Source: an uncultured Chloroflexia bacterium
GTDB lineage: Bacteria; Chloroflexota; Limnocylindria; QHBO01
DNA length: 64,000 nt
Direction: 5' to 3'
Assembly (NCBI GenBank): GCA_963805645.1
Contig: CAWDVA010000007.1
Coordinates: forward strand, 131,104-195,103
Below the pieces are notes generated by a model. That model was not told the origin of the DNA, did not search any database, and saw nothing but the letters and a program-made list of their open reading frames with translations. A program made the position numbers and the translations under genes. The stretch's first letter is position 1; each line of letters starts with the position of its first letter. Shown here one piece after another: positions 7,011-16,576 of this stretch.

Positions 7011-9746
7011 ATGGCTGGCGCGGGTTCGGGAACCGTCACGCTCCTGTTCACGGACATCGAAGGCTCCACGCGGCTCCTGCGCGAGCTCGGTCCCCGCTGG
7101 GAAACCGAGCTGGGAGAGCACCGCCGCCTGCTCCGCGAGGCCTTCGACGCCCGGGGGGGCTCGCTGGTCGACACTGCGGGCGACGGCTTCTTCTACGCAT
7201 TCCCGCGCGCCCGCGAGGCGGTCCTTGCCGCGGTCGACGGCCAGGTGGCGCTCAACGCACATGGCTGGGCCGCTCCGTTGCGCGTCCGGATGGGCATGCA
7301 CACCGGTGAGCCGACCCGGACCGAGACCGGCTATGTGGGCCTGGACGTGCACCGCGCGGCCCGCATCATGGCCGCCGGCCACGGCGGTCAGATCCTCCTG
7401 TCGCAGACTACCCGCGACCTTGCCGGCGCTGACCTTCCGGACGAGGTTGGCCTGGTCGACCTCGGCGAGCATCAGCTGAAGGACCTTCCCGCGCCCGAGC
7501 GCCTCTACCAGGTCAACGCTCCGGGGCTGCAGCACGACTTCCCGCCCCTGCGATCGATCGACTCGCGCCCGAACAACCTGCCGCGGCAGCTCACCACCTT
7601 TGTCGGCCGTGAACGAGAGATCAGGCAGGCCAAGGGCATGCTGGCGTCCGCTCCCCTCGTCACCTTCACCGGGCCGGGCGGAGTGGGCAAGACCAGGCTC
7701 GCGCTCGAGATCGCCGACGAGCTGCTGGACGACTTTCCCGAGGGTATGTGGTTCGTGGACCTGGGCCCGCTGACTGATCCCACCTTCGTGGCGCCCGCGA
7801 TCGCCAACGCCCTGGGGGTGATGCACGCGCCGGGGCAACCGATCCTGGATACCCTCGTGGACCACCTGCACACCCAGCGGGTCCTCCTGGTCATCGACAA
7901 CTGCGAGCACGTGCTCGAGGAGGCCGCGCGCACCATCGACGCTCTGCGGCGCGGCTGCGGCTCGGTCCGCGTGCTGGCCACCAGCCGCGAGGGGCTCGCC
8001 ATCGACGGTGAGATGGTGTTCGCGGTCCCCTCGCTCTTTGTTCCGGACCCCGCAACGGCCAGCGAGGACGAACTCATCCATTCGGACGCCATCCGCCTCT
8101 TCGTGGAGCGCGCCACGTCGGCGACTCCGGGCTTTCACATCACCCCCCGCAACGCCGGGGCGGTGGCCCAGATCTGCCGGCGGCTCGACGGCGTCCCGCT
8201 GGCCATCGAGCTGGCTGCCGCGCGCGTCCGGGCCCTGCCCGTGGAGCAGATCGCGGCCCGCCTGGACGATCGTTTCCGCCTCCTGACCGGATCGAACCGG
8301 GTCACCGTGCCTCGTCATCAGACGCTGCGTCAGACCATTGACTGGAGCTACGACCTCCTCGCCGAAGACGAGCGGGCAGCGTTCAGGCGGCTGGCAGTCT
8401 TCGTCGGCGGTTGCTCGCTCGAAGCGGCCGAAGCGGTGTGCGTCGGCGAGCTCGTGGACCAGTACGCCGTCCTCGACCTGCTCTCGCGCCTCGTGGACAA
8501 GTCGCTCCTCATCGCCGATACGGAGGGGACGGAGGCCCGCTATCGGCAGCTTGAGACCGTGCGCCAGTACGCGCGCGACCGGCTGCTGGAGACCGGTGAG
8601 GCGAAGGACGCGCTGCGCCGCCACCGCGACTGGTATCTGGCCATGGTCGCCCGCGCCGAGCCGGAGTTCTTCCAGGGCGCAGAGTCGGCCGAGTGGCTCG
8701 CGCGTCTCGACCACGAGCATGACAACCTGCGTGCCGCGCTGCAGTGGAGCCTGGACGAGCCGGGCGAGGAGCGCGAGGGCCTCCATCTGGCCGCCGGCCT
8801 TTGGCGGTTCTGGGAGATCCACGGCCACCTGGCCGAGGGTCGCAGCTGGCTGGAGCGCTTCCTGGAGGTCACGTCGGGCGAGGTCTCGGCGCTCCGTGCC
8901 GATGCGTATACCGGGGCCGGCATCCTGGCCTTCATGCTCGGCGACCAGGCCGGCGCCTCCGCGCTTCATCAGCGCAGCCTTGAGCTGCACCGGCAGGTGG
9001 GTGACGCCGACGGGATCGCATTTGCCGCCAACAACCTCGCCAACGCCGCGGTGCTCTCCGGCGACTACGCGGCGGCCAAGGAACTGTACGAGCAGGTCCT
9101 TCCCTGGGCCCGCGAGCGGGGCGACCTGCGCGTGACCGGCTTCTCACTGGTCAACATGGCCGAGGCCGTCGCGCTGGCCGGCGACCCGGACCAGGCCCGC
9201 GCCCAGTATGCCGAGGGTATCGCCAACTTCCGGCAAGCCGGCGATCGGTGGGGCGAGTCGTTCGCACTCGACAACATGGGCATGATGCTCGTGCGCCTTG
9301 AGCAGCCGGACGAGGCGGCCGCGCTCCACGCGCAGGCGCTCGCCATCTCGCGCGAGCTGGGCGACGAGCGCGGGATCGCACGGGCCCTGGCCCACATGGG
9401 CGACGTGGCCGCACATGGTGGCGACGAGGCCCGCGCCCGCGAGCTCTACACCGAGAGCCTGCAGATCCGCCGATCACTGGGGGACCTGCCGGGCATCGCC
9501 TCGACCATGGAGAAGCTCGCCTCGGTGGTCACCAACGACGACCCCCGGCACGCGGCCGTGCTGCTGGGCGCGGCAGAACGAGTGCGTGACCTGATCCGCG
9601 CACCGGTGCCGCGCTCGGTTCGGGAGGAGTACGAGGCGTTCCGACGGGCGGTCCAGGAGCGACTGGGACCAGACGCCTTCGACGAAGCCAGGACGGAGGG
9701 CCGCCGCCTCTCAACGGAGGCAGCCCTGGCTACGATCCTTCCCTGA
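7011..9746 (+). CDS. Adenylate/guanylate cyclase (class III) domain, NB-ARC (STAND) ATPase and TPR-repeat signalling protein.
   Basis: The N-terminus carries a cyclase domain (LLFTDIEGSTRLL..., AGDGFFYAF, GLDVHRAARI). A P-loop NTPase follows (FTGPGGVGKTRLALE, LLVIDNCEH), and the C-terminus has TPR repeats (…AFAANNLANAAVLSGDYAAAKELYEQ…). The ATG at 7011 is preceded by a GGAG Shine-Dalgarno. The architecture matches Rv0386/AfsR-like cyclase-STAND proteins but lacks a C-terminal HTH. Confidence 0.85.
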   Translation: MAGAGSGTVTLLFTDIEGSTRLLRELGPRWETELGEHRRLLREAFDARGGSLVDTAGDGFFYAFPRAREAVLAAVDGQVALNAHGWAAPLRVRMGMHTGEPTRTETGYVGLDVHRAARIMAAGHGGQILLSQTTRDLAGADLPDEVGLVDLGEHQLKDLPAPERLYQVNAPGLQHDFPPLRSIDSRPNNLPRQLTTFVGREREIRQAKGMLASAPLVTFTGPGGVGKTRLALEIADELLDDFPEGMWFVDLGPLTDPTFVAPAIANALGVMHAPGQPILDTLVDHLHTQRVLLVIDNCEHVLEEAARTIDALRRGCGSVRVLATSREGLAIDGEMVFAVPSLFVPDPATASEDELIHSDAIRLFVERATSATPGFHITPRNAGAVAQICRRLDGVPLAIELAAARVRALPVEQIAARLDDRFRLLTGSNRVTVPRHQTLRQTIDWSYDLLAEDERAAFRRLAVFVGGCSLEAAEAVCVGELVDQYAVLDLLSRLVDKSLLIADTEGTEARYRQLETVRQYARDRLLETGEAKDALRRHRDWYLAMVARAEPEFFQGAESAEWLARLDHEHDNLRAALQWSLDEPGEEREGLHLAAGLWRFWEIHGHLAEGRSWLERFLEVTSGEVSALRADAYTGAGILAFMLGDQAGASALHQRSLELHRQVGDADGIAFAANNLANAAVLSGDYAAAKELYEQVLPWARERGDLRVTGFSLVNMAEAVALAGDPDQARAQYAEGIANFRQAGDRWGESFALDNMGMMLVRLEQPDEAAALHAQALAISRELGDERGIARALAHMGDVAAHGGDEARARELYTESLQIRRSLGDLPGIASTMEKLASVVTNDDPRHAAVLLGAAERVRDLIRAPVPRSVREEYEAFRRAVQERLGPDAFDEARTEGRRLSTEAALATILP

Positions 9747-9981
9747 CCTCGGTGATCTCGTCCGCAACGAGGCCATGTGCCTCCTTGTGGACGGCGGTGC
9801 AGGCCTCGGCACTGGGTGCCTCCGCCAGGCAGTAGACCTTGCCGGTCGCCTCGTCAAACCAGTAGCGCAAGTAGCTCACGCCATGCTTGCCCTGCACCTC
9901 GAGATCGCGGGCGTGCGCCGCGGCGACAGCGTCGGCGGTAAGGCCCGGCACATGCTTGTGTGTGTCCAGATAGAGCGGCAT
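9730..9981 (-). CDS. DUF4242 domain protein.
   Basis: The 83-aa product reads MPLYLDTHKHVPGLTADAVAAAHARDLEVQGKHGVSYLRYWFDEATGKVYCLAEAP…. A GGAG Shine-Dalgarno precedes the ATG at 9981. Confidence 0.65.
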   Translation of the reverse strand: MPLYLDTHKHVPGLTADAVAAAHARDLEVQGKHGVSYLRYWFDEATGKVYCLAEAPSAEACTAVHKEAHGLVADEITEVREGS

Positions 9982-10157
9982 ACGAGAGTCTCCAGGTGCC
10001 AGATATGGACCGATGGGCGGCCGCGGGTGCACCCACGGTGCCCGATTCTTGTGCCGGCAAGCCACCGATGTCAATGGTCGGTCGGCAACTGGGCGCCGGG
10101 TTGCCCAGGCAGTGCCCCGCCGGCCATGCGATCATCGGCCCCGGGAGGTGGCCCTCC

Positions 10158-10514
10158 ATGGATGAACCGGTTGCCCTTCGTGACGAGCTGCTGCGGCTGG
10201 AGACCGCCCTCGTGGCCCGGGATCCATCCGGCGTCGACGGCGCTCTCGCCGGCCTGATCGCGGATGACTTCCTGGAGTTCGGGGTCAGCGGGCGGACCTG
10301 GGATGCGGAAACGACCCGCAGAGCCCTGGCAGCCACGGCCGGGCCACGCACCGTCATCGTCGAGGCATTCGAGGCCGTTCTGCTCGCCCCCGATGTGGCT
10401 CTGACCACGTTCCGGACCGGGGGTGATCGACCCGCGAACCGCAGCTCGATCTGGGTGCGCCGCGACGACCGCTGGGTTGTCCGCTTTCACCAGGGAACGC
10501 CGAGATCGGACTGA
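10158..10514 (+). CDS. SnoaL-like / DUF4440 (NTF2-fold) protein.
   Basis: The product reads MDEPVALRDELLRLETALVARDPSGVDGALAGLIADDFLEFGVSGRTWD...WVRRDDRWVVRFHQGT. A GGAGG Shine-Dalgarno lies 8 nt upstream of the start. Confidence 0.6.
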   Translation: MDEPVALRDELLRLETALVARDPSGVDGALAGLIADDFLEFGVSGRTWDAETTRRALAATAGPRTVIVEAFEAVLLAPDVALTTFRTGGDRPANRSSIWVRRDDRWVVRFHQGTPRSD

Positions 10515-10728
10515 TCTCTTCACATCCCTTTCACGAATCCCTGGCACGATCCGTGTCGAGCGGAGGGGACGGTGGGCTGCCCAGGGGTCGGCGCGGAACG
10601 CAGCAACAACCCCACCACCGCCCCCTCCGCGGCGAATTACAGCCCACCGCGCAACTGCGCATATGCCCGTTTCGCACCCTGTGCACAGGTTCCCCCAGTT
10701 TTGCGGGGTTCGAGGCGCCATCGGGCGG

Positions 10729-11115
10729 TCATCCGCCGATGAAGGCCAGGCACTCGAGCTCGACCTGCGCCCCCAGGGCCAGCCCCGACGTTCCGAACGC
10801 CGAGCGCGCAGGCAGTCGGTCAGGCTTGAAGTACGTGACGTAGACCTTGTTGAAGGCCGCCCAGCTCGCCATGTCGGCGAGCATGACCGTGCACTTGAAG
10901 ACGTCGTCGAAGCTGAGGTTGTGCTCACGAAGCACGGCGCCGATGTTGTCCATGGCCTGGCGCGTCTCCGCCTCGATGCCGCCCGGGACCAGCTCCATGG
11001 TGCCCGGGATGGTGCCCACGGCCCCGGAGAGATAGAGCACGTCGCCCACGCGCACGGCCTGGCTGAACGGCAGGTTCGCGGTCTTGGCCGCGGGCGAGTT
11101 GATGAACTGGATCAT
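10729..11115 (-). CDS. ridA: RidA family (YjgF/TdcF) reactive-intermediate deaminase.
   Basis: The product reads …PFSQAVRVGDVLYLSGAVG...ETRQAMDNIGAVLRE...CTVMLADMASWAAFNKVY...RSAFGTSGLALGAQVELECLA. Confidence 0.85.
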   Translation of the reverse strand: MIQFINSPAAKTANLPFSQAVRVGDVLYLSGAVGTIPGTMELVPGGIEAETRQAMDNIGAVLREHNLSFDDVFKCTVMLADMASWAAFNKVYVTYFKPDRLPARSAFGTSGLALGAQVELECLAFIGG

Positions 11116-11151
11116 GGTCTCCTCTCGTTTGGGCGCGACCCGGACCGCTCC

Positions 11152-11634
11152 CTACGCCAGGGCCGCGAGGTACTCCTCGAGGACCTCGACGATCAACGCG
11201 TGATCCTCCTCCTGGACCAGGCCGGAGACGATCGCGACACCCACCGGTCCGGTGTCGCGCACGATGAGCGGGAATCCGCCGCCGTGCGGCGCGTACTCCG
11301 GGAACGGCAAAGAGGTTGCCGCCGCGAAGGTCGTCCCCTGTGCCTCGTACTGGAGCCGCTCCAGCAGCGTGGAGTGTCCGAAGCGCTCAACGATCCTGGC
11401 CTTTCCCGCCACGAACATGTCGTTGTGGGCATCGGTCCCGTTGCGCGCGGCGCGAAAGACGACCCGCGATGCCCGGCGAACCTCGATGGTCACCGGCAGG
11501 TCGCGCTGCGTCGCCTTCTCGAGCAACAGCAGACCGATGGCGATGCCGTCGTTCTCGTCGAGTGACGGAAGGACGAGCCGCTCCTCCTGCTCCCGCAGCT
11601 CGTCGAGCGTGGGCTGTGGAGGGTTCGTGGTCAT
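11152..11634 (-). CDS. GlcG/HbpS-like (DUF336) heme-binding-fold protein.
   Basis: The product reads …PSLDENDGIAIGLLLLEKATQRDLPVTIEVR...GGGFPLIVRDTGPVGVAIVSGLVQEEDHALIVE. The ATG at 11634 is preceded by a GAGGAGCAGGA motif. Confidence 0.65.
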   Translation of the reverse strand: MTTNPPQPTLDELREQEERLVLPSLDENDGIAIGLLLLEKATQRDLPVTIEVRRASRVVFRAARNGTDAHNDMFVAGKARIVERFGHSTLLERLQYEAQGTTFAAATSLPFPEYAPHGGGFPLIVRDTGPVGVAIVSGLVQEEDHALIVEVLEEYLAALA

Positions 11635-11916
11635 TTCCTGCTCCTCAGCAATAGGCTGCATTCACGAGAGAGATGCAGACCACCTCGTCCGACAGGGCGA
11701 TGATCTCGTTGCTCGTGGCCGGCATGATCTGGCGGCACGTGGCAGTTGTCCAACGCGACAGATCCCGGTCCCCCAGCTCATGCCCCCTGACGGAGATGAC
11801 CATACGTCATGACGCGAGTTGGCTGGCCACCGATCCTGAGCGTGGGCCGGTTTGCCCATGTTCACCATGCCGCCCGTCCAATGGGCCAGTCTCGAGCGGC
11901 TTCGTTGGGGAAGTCG

Positions 11917-14900
11917 ATGAGCGAGTATCGGAGCGAGGGGCCGGGGCTTCGAGCAGACGGGAGCGAGACGAGCCCCGTCAGTCGGCCTCAAGACCAGCCA
12001 TCCGCAGCCGCAAGCCCCGACGAGGCGACCCAGCGGGACGAAGTCCGGCGGTTCCTCAACCTCCTGATCATCGCGACCTTGACCGGTGGTCTGTTCGACG
12101 GCATCGCGGCCATTGTCATCGACAATCCCCGGTGGTTCTTGACGGTGATCGTGGCCGCTGTGCTCGCCACTTGGCTTGCGGTCGTCCCCCGCCGTGCCAT
12201 CGACCGCAAGAACATCGGGGCGGTCGTGACCCGGATCGCCATCGTGCTCACGGGCGCCATCGTCGTGGTGGCCTTTGTCCAGCCGTTCCTCGCGCTGGTC
12301 CTGGCACCAGCCACGCTCTTGCCGATCGCGCTGGGTCTGCCCTATCTCGCCGGGCGGTCCCTCCGCCACCTCATGGGCTCGGCCTGGGCAGCGGCCGTTG
12401 TGATGATCATCGCAAGTCTCCTGCCCGACGCCGCGGTTCACTCGAGCGCGGTCGTGACGATCGTGCAGATGTGGGCTCTCACCGTGGTGATCGGGCTGGT
12501 CTTCTTCCTCCTCTACCGGTCGGCCGAGGGCCTCAAGGCCTCGGGTCGCGAGTTCCGCCGGCTCTTCGCGCTGTCGTCGGACCTCGCCGAGACGAGCGAG
12601 GCGGGGGTGCTCGGCGAGCTTGTCGCGCGGCACCTCGCCGAGGCGACCGGGTTCGACGACTGCGTGATCTATGCGCTCGCGGCGGATAGCGGCCGGCTCG
12701 TCCCGTTCGGATCGCATCCCGTGGAGCGTTCGTTGGAGACGGCTCCGGAGCTGCTCGCCAAGCGACCCGCCTTCGAGCAGGTCGCCCAGCATCGGACGTC
12801 TATCGTCATCGACGTGTCCGACAAGCAGGCGGACCGGATCGAACGTGACCGTCTGCAGGGTCTCGGTCGCGCGGCCATGCTGCTCCTGCCCCTCAGCGCC
12901 CATGACAAACCAGTCGGGATCGCCGAGCTGACCAGCGTCGCGCCCCACTCGATCGACGTGCGCCAGCTGGCCCTGGCCCGGACCCTGACCTTCGAGGCGG
13001 CTATGGCTATCGATAACGGGCGGCTCTACCAGGAGCTCCGCGATCGGTCGCTCCACGATCCGCTCACCGGCCTCGCCAACCGGAGCCTCTTCTACGATCG
13101 CGCCGAACACGCCCTCGCCCGCCAGGCCGGCAAGGATGGGGCCGGCGTCGGTGTCCTGTTCATGGACATCGATAACTTCAAGACCATCAACGACACGCTC
13201 GGTCATGCCCGGGGCGACCGGCTGCTGACCCTCATCGGCGAGCGGCTCCGGACGGTGGCCCGGGCAGCCGACACCGTGGCTCGCCTGGGCGGTGACGAGT
13301 TCGTGGTGCTCCTCGAGGACGTCTCCTCCGCCGATGCGGCGCTGGTTGTGGCCGCGCGGGTGATCGATTCCCTCGCCCAGCCGTTCGACCTGGCCGGTCA
13401 GCCCACCAGGGCATCGGTCTCCATCGGCGTCGCCTTCCGATCTGCGCAGGGCGCCAGCGTTGACGATCTGCTCAAGGACGCGGATGCCACGATGTACGAG
13501 GCGAAACGAGCCGGCAAGGGTCGCGCCGTGCTGTCCGCCGGCAGCCGCACCGCCCACGGCAATGGGCCCGGGCCGCGCGCAGACGGGGACGAGACGCGCC
13601 CCGCGGAACGATATGCGGATGAACGAGCCGCCCCCGCAATCCCCGATGAGGCAACGCAGCGAGCAGAGGTGCGGTGGTTCCTCGACCTCCTGATTATCAC
13701 GGCCCTGGTCACCATGCTGATCGATGGCATCCCGGCCATCGCCATCGACATTCCCCGGTGGTTCGGACCGGTGATCGTGGGGGGGTTGTTCGGCGCATGG
13801 CTTGCAGCGGGACCCCGCCGCGCGATCGACCACGAGCAAGTCGATGTCATCGTGAATCGGGTCGCGATCGTGCTCATCGCCTGGATCCTCGCGGTGACGT
13901 TGTTCCAGCCGTTCCTCGCGCTCGCCCTGGCGCCGGCCTACCTGGTGCCGGTCGCACTCGGTCTGCCCTATCTCGAAGGTCGAAGGCTTCGCCTGGTCAT
14001 GGGCTTTGCCTGGGCAGCGGCCGTGGGCTCCATGCTCATACATCTCCTCCCCGACGACTCATCTATCCCAGCCGCGCTCATCACACTCGTGGAGGTGGCG
14101 GCACTGAGCGTGGTGATCGGGGTGATCTTCTTCGTCCTCTACCGGTCGGCCGAGGGTCTCAAGGCCTCGGGTCGCGAGTTCCGCCGGCTCTTCGAGCTGT
14201 CATCCGACCTGGCCGAGACGACCGATGCGGGGGTGCTCGGCGAGCTTGTCGCGCGGCACCTGGCCGAGGCGACCGGGTTCGACGACTGCGTGATCTATGC
14301 GCTCGCGCCGGAGACCGGGCGGTTTGCCCCGTTCGGCTCGCATCCCGTCGAACGCTCGCTGGAGACGGATCCCGAGTCGCTCGCCCAGCGGCCCCTGCTC
14401 GCGCGGGTTGCCAACGATCAAGCGCCGATGGTCATCGACGTGTCCGACGAGCAGGCGGACCCATCCGAGCGTGACCGCCTCCGGGTCCTCGGTCGAAGGG
14501 CCATGCTGCTCCTGCCCCTCACCGCCCACGAGCGGTCAGTCGGGATCGCCGAGCTGACCAGCGCCGCGCCCCACTCGCTCGACGTGCGCCGGCTGGCCCT
14601 GGCCCGGACCCTGACCTTCGAGGCGGCCACGGCCATCGAGCATGGGCGGCTCTACCAGGAGCTCCGCCATCGGTCGCTCCACGACCCGCTCACCGGCCTC
14701 GCCAACCGGAGCCTCTTCTACGATCGCGTCGAGCATGTCCTCGCCCGGCTGGCTCGCAAGGAGGGGGCAGGCGTCGCCATCCTGTTCATGGACATCGACG
14801 ACTTCAAGACCATCAACGACACGCTGGGTCATGCCCGGGGCGACCGGCTCCTGACCCTCGTGGGGGAGCGGCTGAGGACGGTGGCCCGGGCAGCCGACAC

Positions 14901-15216
14901 CGTGGCTCGCCTGGGCGGTGACGAGTTCGCCCTGCTGCTCGAGGAGGTCGCGTCCACCGATGCAGCCCTCGCCGTGGCCGCGCGGGCGCTCGCCGCCATC
15001 GCCGAGCCGTTCGACCTTGCCGGTCCGCCCACCACGACATCGGTCTCCATCGGCGTCGCGTTCCGGTCTGTGCAGGGCACGACCGTCGATGACCTCGTCG
15101 GAGATGCGGATGCCACGATGTACGAGGCGAAACGAGCCGGCAAGGGTCGCGCCGTGCTGTCCGCCGGCAGCCGCACCACTCACGGCAGGGGGCGCGCGGT
15201 CCCGCTGGCCGGCTGA
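11917..15216 (+). CDS. Diguanylate cyclase made of two tandem, in-frame membrane-sensor/GAF/GGDEF modules ([5-6 TM]-GAF-GGDEF repeated twice, about 1100 aa).
   Basis: Both halves contain HDPLTGLANRSLFYDR...RLGGDEF...SIGVAF...DADATMYEAKRAGKGRA. Each half has a GAF-like segment (VLGELVARHLAEATGFDDCVIYAL…) and an N-terminal polytopic membrane region. No stop codon and no in-frame start separates the two units. Confidence 0.8.
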   Translation: MSEYRSEGPGLRADGSETSPVSRPQDQPSAAASPDEATQRDEVRRFLNLLIIATLTGGLFDGIAAIVIDNPRWFLTVIVAAVLATWLAVVPRRAIDRKNIGAVVTRIAIVLTGAIVVVAFVQPFLALVLAPATLLPIALGLPYLAGRSLRHLMGSAWAAAVVMIIASLLPDAAVHSSAVVTIVQMWALTVVIGLVFFLLYRSAEGLKASGREFRRLFALSSDLAETSEAGVLGELVARHLAEATGFDDCVIYALAADSGRLVPFGSHPVERSLETAPELLAKRPAFEQVAQHRTSIVIDVSDKQADRIERDRLQGLGRAAMLLLPLSAHDKPVGIAELTSVAPHSIDVRQLALARTLTFEAAMAIDNGRLYQELRDRSLHDPLTGLANRSLFYDRAEHALARQAGKDGAGVGVLFMDIDNFKTINDTLGHARGDRLLTLIGERLRTVARAADTVARLGGDEFVVLLEDVSSADAALVVAARVIDSLAQPFDLAGQPTRASVSIGVAFRSAQGASVDDLLKDADATMYEAKRAGKGRAVLSAGSRTAHGNGPGPRADGDETRPAERYADERAAPAIPDEATQRAEVRWFLDLLIITALVTMLIDGIPAIAIDIPRWFGPVIVGGLFGAWLAAGPRRAIDHEQVDVIVNRVAIVLIAWILAVTLFQPFLALALAPAYLVPVALGLPYLEGRRLRLVMGFAWAAAVGSMLIHLLPDDSSIPAALITLVEVAALSVVIGVIFFVLYRSAEGLKASGREFRRLFELSSDLAETTDAGVLGELVARHLAEATGFDDCVIYALAPETGRFAPFGSHPVERSLETDPESLAQRPLLARVANDQAPMVIDVSDEQADPSERDRLRVLGRRAMLLLPLTAHERSVGIAELTSAAPHSLDVRRLALARTLTFEAATAIEHGRLYQELRHRSLHDPLTGLANRSLFYDRVEHVLARLARKEGAGVAILFMDIDDFKTINDTLGHARGDRLLTLVGERLRTVARAADTVARLGGDEFALLLEEVASTDAALAVAARALAAIAEPFDLAGPPTTTSVSIGVAFRSVQGTTVDDLVGDADATMYEAKRAGKGRAVLSAGSRTTHGRGRAVPLAG
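11917..15216 (+). repeat. Tandem direct duplication of a roughly 1.65-kb gene module (unit 1 about 11917-13560, unit 2 about 13561-15216).
   Basis: The GAF/GGDEF halves are about 85-90% identical at the nucleotide level, with identical stretches longer than 60 nt (for example gatgccacgatgtacgaggcgaaacgagccggcaagggtcgcgccgtgctgtccgccggcagccgcacc). The N-terminal membrane parts are more diverged. Confidence 0.8.
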
Positions 15217-15390
15217 GCACCTCGAGACTGAGGGGCGTCGTTATCGCGCTTTCCGATCCGGTGGTCTGTCCTCTCGCGATGACGGGCGTTCAGGACTTGC
15301 CAGGCCTGGGGCGGCCCGGCGCCTCCCATCCATGGTCAGCAGTAGCGACAGGAATACGTGCCCCATTCGGCTCGCCGCGGTTCTCGACGT

Positions 15391-16068
15391 CTAGCCACCC
15401 AGGTCGGCGAAGACTTCCCAGGAGGGAACCGTACCTTCCGCGACGCCGACCTCTTCATACAGGCTCAGGGAGCGATCCCTGTCGCTCGGGAGCAGGCACC
15501 CCTCGCAGGTCCAGGTCACGATGTGACCCCAGGCCGCTACGTCGCGGGCGTTGATGTGCCCGCAGAGCGTCTCCTCGATGTCGGGCAGGTTCAGGCTCAG
15601 ACCGACGCGCATCGGCTCGCACGAAGCGTCGAACACGCCGTCGGGCCAGCTGGTGAGGACGCCATCCTGCGGCTCCCCCACCAGATCTGCCTTGAGGATG
15701 GCCCAGCGAAGGCCGTCGCCCGCTCCCCGGCCGAAGGTGCTGTACACCCGCAGCAGGTAGTAGTCCTTCTCCGGATCGGCGTCGAATGGATCCCGGTATG
15801 CCTCCCAGCAGACATCCATGTACCCCGCGCCGTTGCTGATTCGCGGCAGGCACTCCTGTCCATACGGTGAGCGCGGGATGTCATACGGGTCCGAGCCCGC
15901 AACTTCGTCCGGGGCGATGTCGCCGACCATGACGGTGCGCGCGACGGCGCGGGACGCCGCGTCGGCCGGAACGTGTGGGGACCATCGAACGATGACAAAG
16001 GCGCCGGCGGCGACGCACGCGACAGCCATGATGCCGAGCGCGATGGTGATCCACCAGGTCCGTCCCAC
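15391..16068 (-). CDS. Hypothetical membrane-anchored extracytoplasmic protein.
   Basis: The GTG start at 16068 is preceded by GGAGGG. The product has one N-terminal TM helix (WWITIALGIMAVACVAAGAFVIV) followed by a soluble domain containing six Cys residues. No family was recognised. Confidence 0.45.
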   Translation of the reverse strand: MGRTWWITIALGIMAVACVAAGAFVIVRWSPHVPADAASRAVARTVMVGDIAPDEVAGSDPYDIPRSPYGQECLPRISNGAGYMDVCWEAYRDPFDADPEKDYYLLRVYSTFGRGAGDGLRWAILKADLVGEPQDGVLTSWPDGVFDASCEPMRVGLSLNLPDIEETLCGHINARDVAAWGHIVTWTCEGCLLPSDRDRSLSLYEEVGVAEGTVPSWEVFADLGG

Positions 16069-16576
16069 GAGGTCCCTCCGACGTCTCCTTGCAGGGTGAA
16101 GTGTCGGCGGGGATCCCGCACCGTCAAGAGCCAATCGCTTCCGCCTTCGCCGTGTCGTCCGTGCCGCGCTACTGGCCGCGTGAACCATCCGCCCGCGACG
16201 GACCGGTGATCTCGCTCGAGAGCGCGGCCGCCGGGAATCGCCACCCGACGGACGCCTGGGACCGGAGGTCCGCATCGGCTGGCCGAACCGGTTCAGCATG
16301 CTCGCGAACCTCGGGTGGATTGCCCGGGTCGCGCTCACCGTGCTCCGCTGGCAGCGGCCGCGTCCCGGGTACATCCTCGCGGGGTAACCGCGCGGTTCTT
16401 GGACACCCGCTTGACATCATCCCCGACGCCGGACATCGCGCCTTCCGCGGTATGGCAGCAGCCAGGGCTGCTGCGGGCAACAGTGGGTCCAATGCGGAGC
16501 GCAGTCGTGGATAATTCTGGCCGGAAGGCGGCTGGCGTATCGGCAGCCTCTCTCTGGTCCCCCGAGCTACCTGAGG

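Noticed and set aside
11662-14043. A 793-aa ORF on the minus strand, the largest antisense ORF in the window.
   Set aside because: It runs antisense to the GAF-GGDEF gene and its translation is Arg/Gly/Pro/His-rich with no recognisable motif. Long shadow ORFs are expected at about 70% GC. The plus-strand gene has clear GGDEF and GAF homology.
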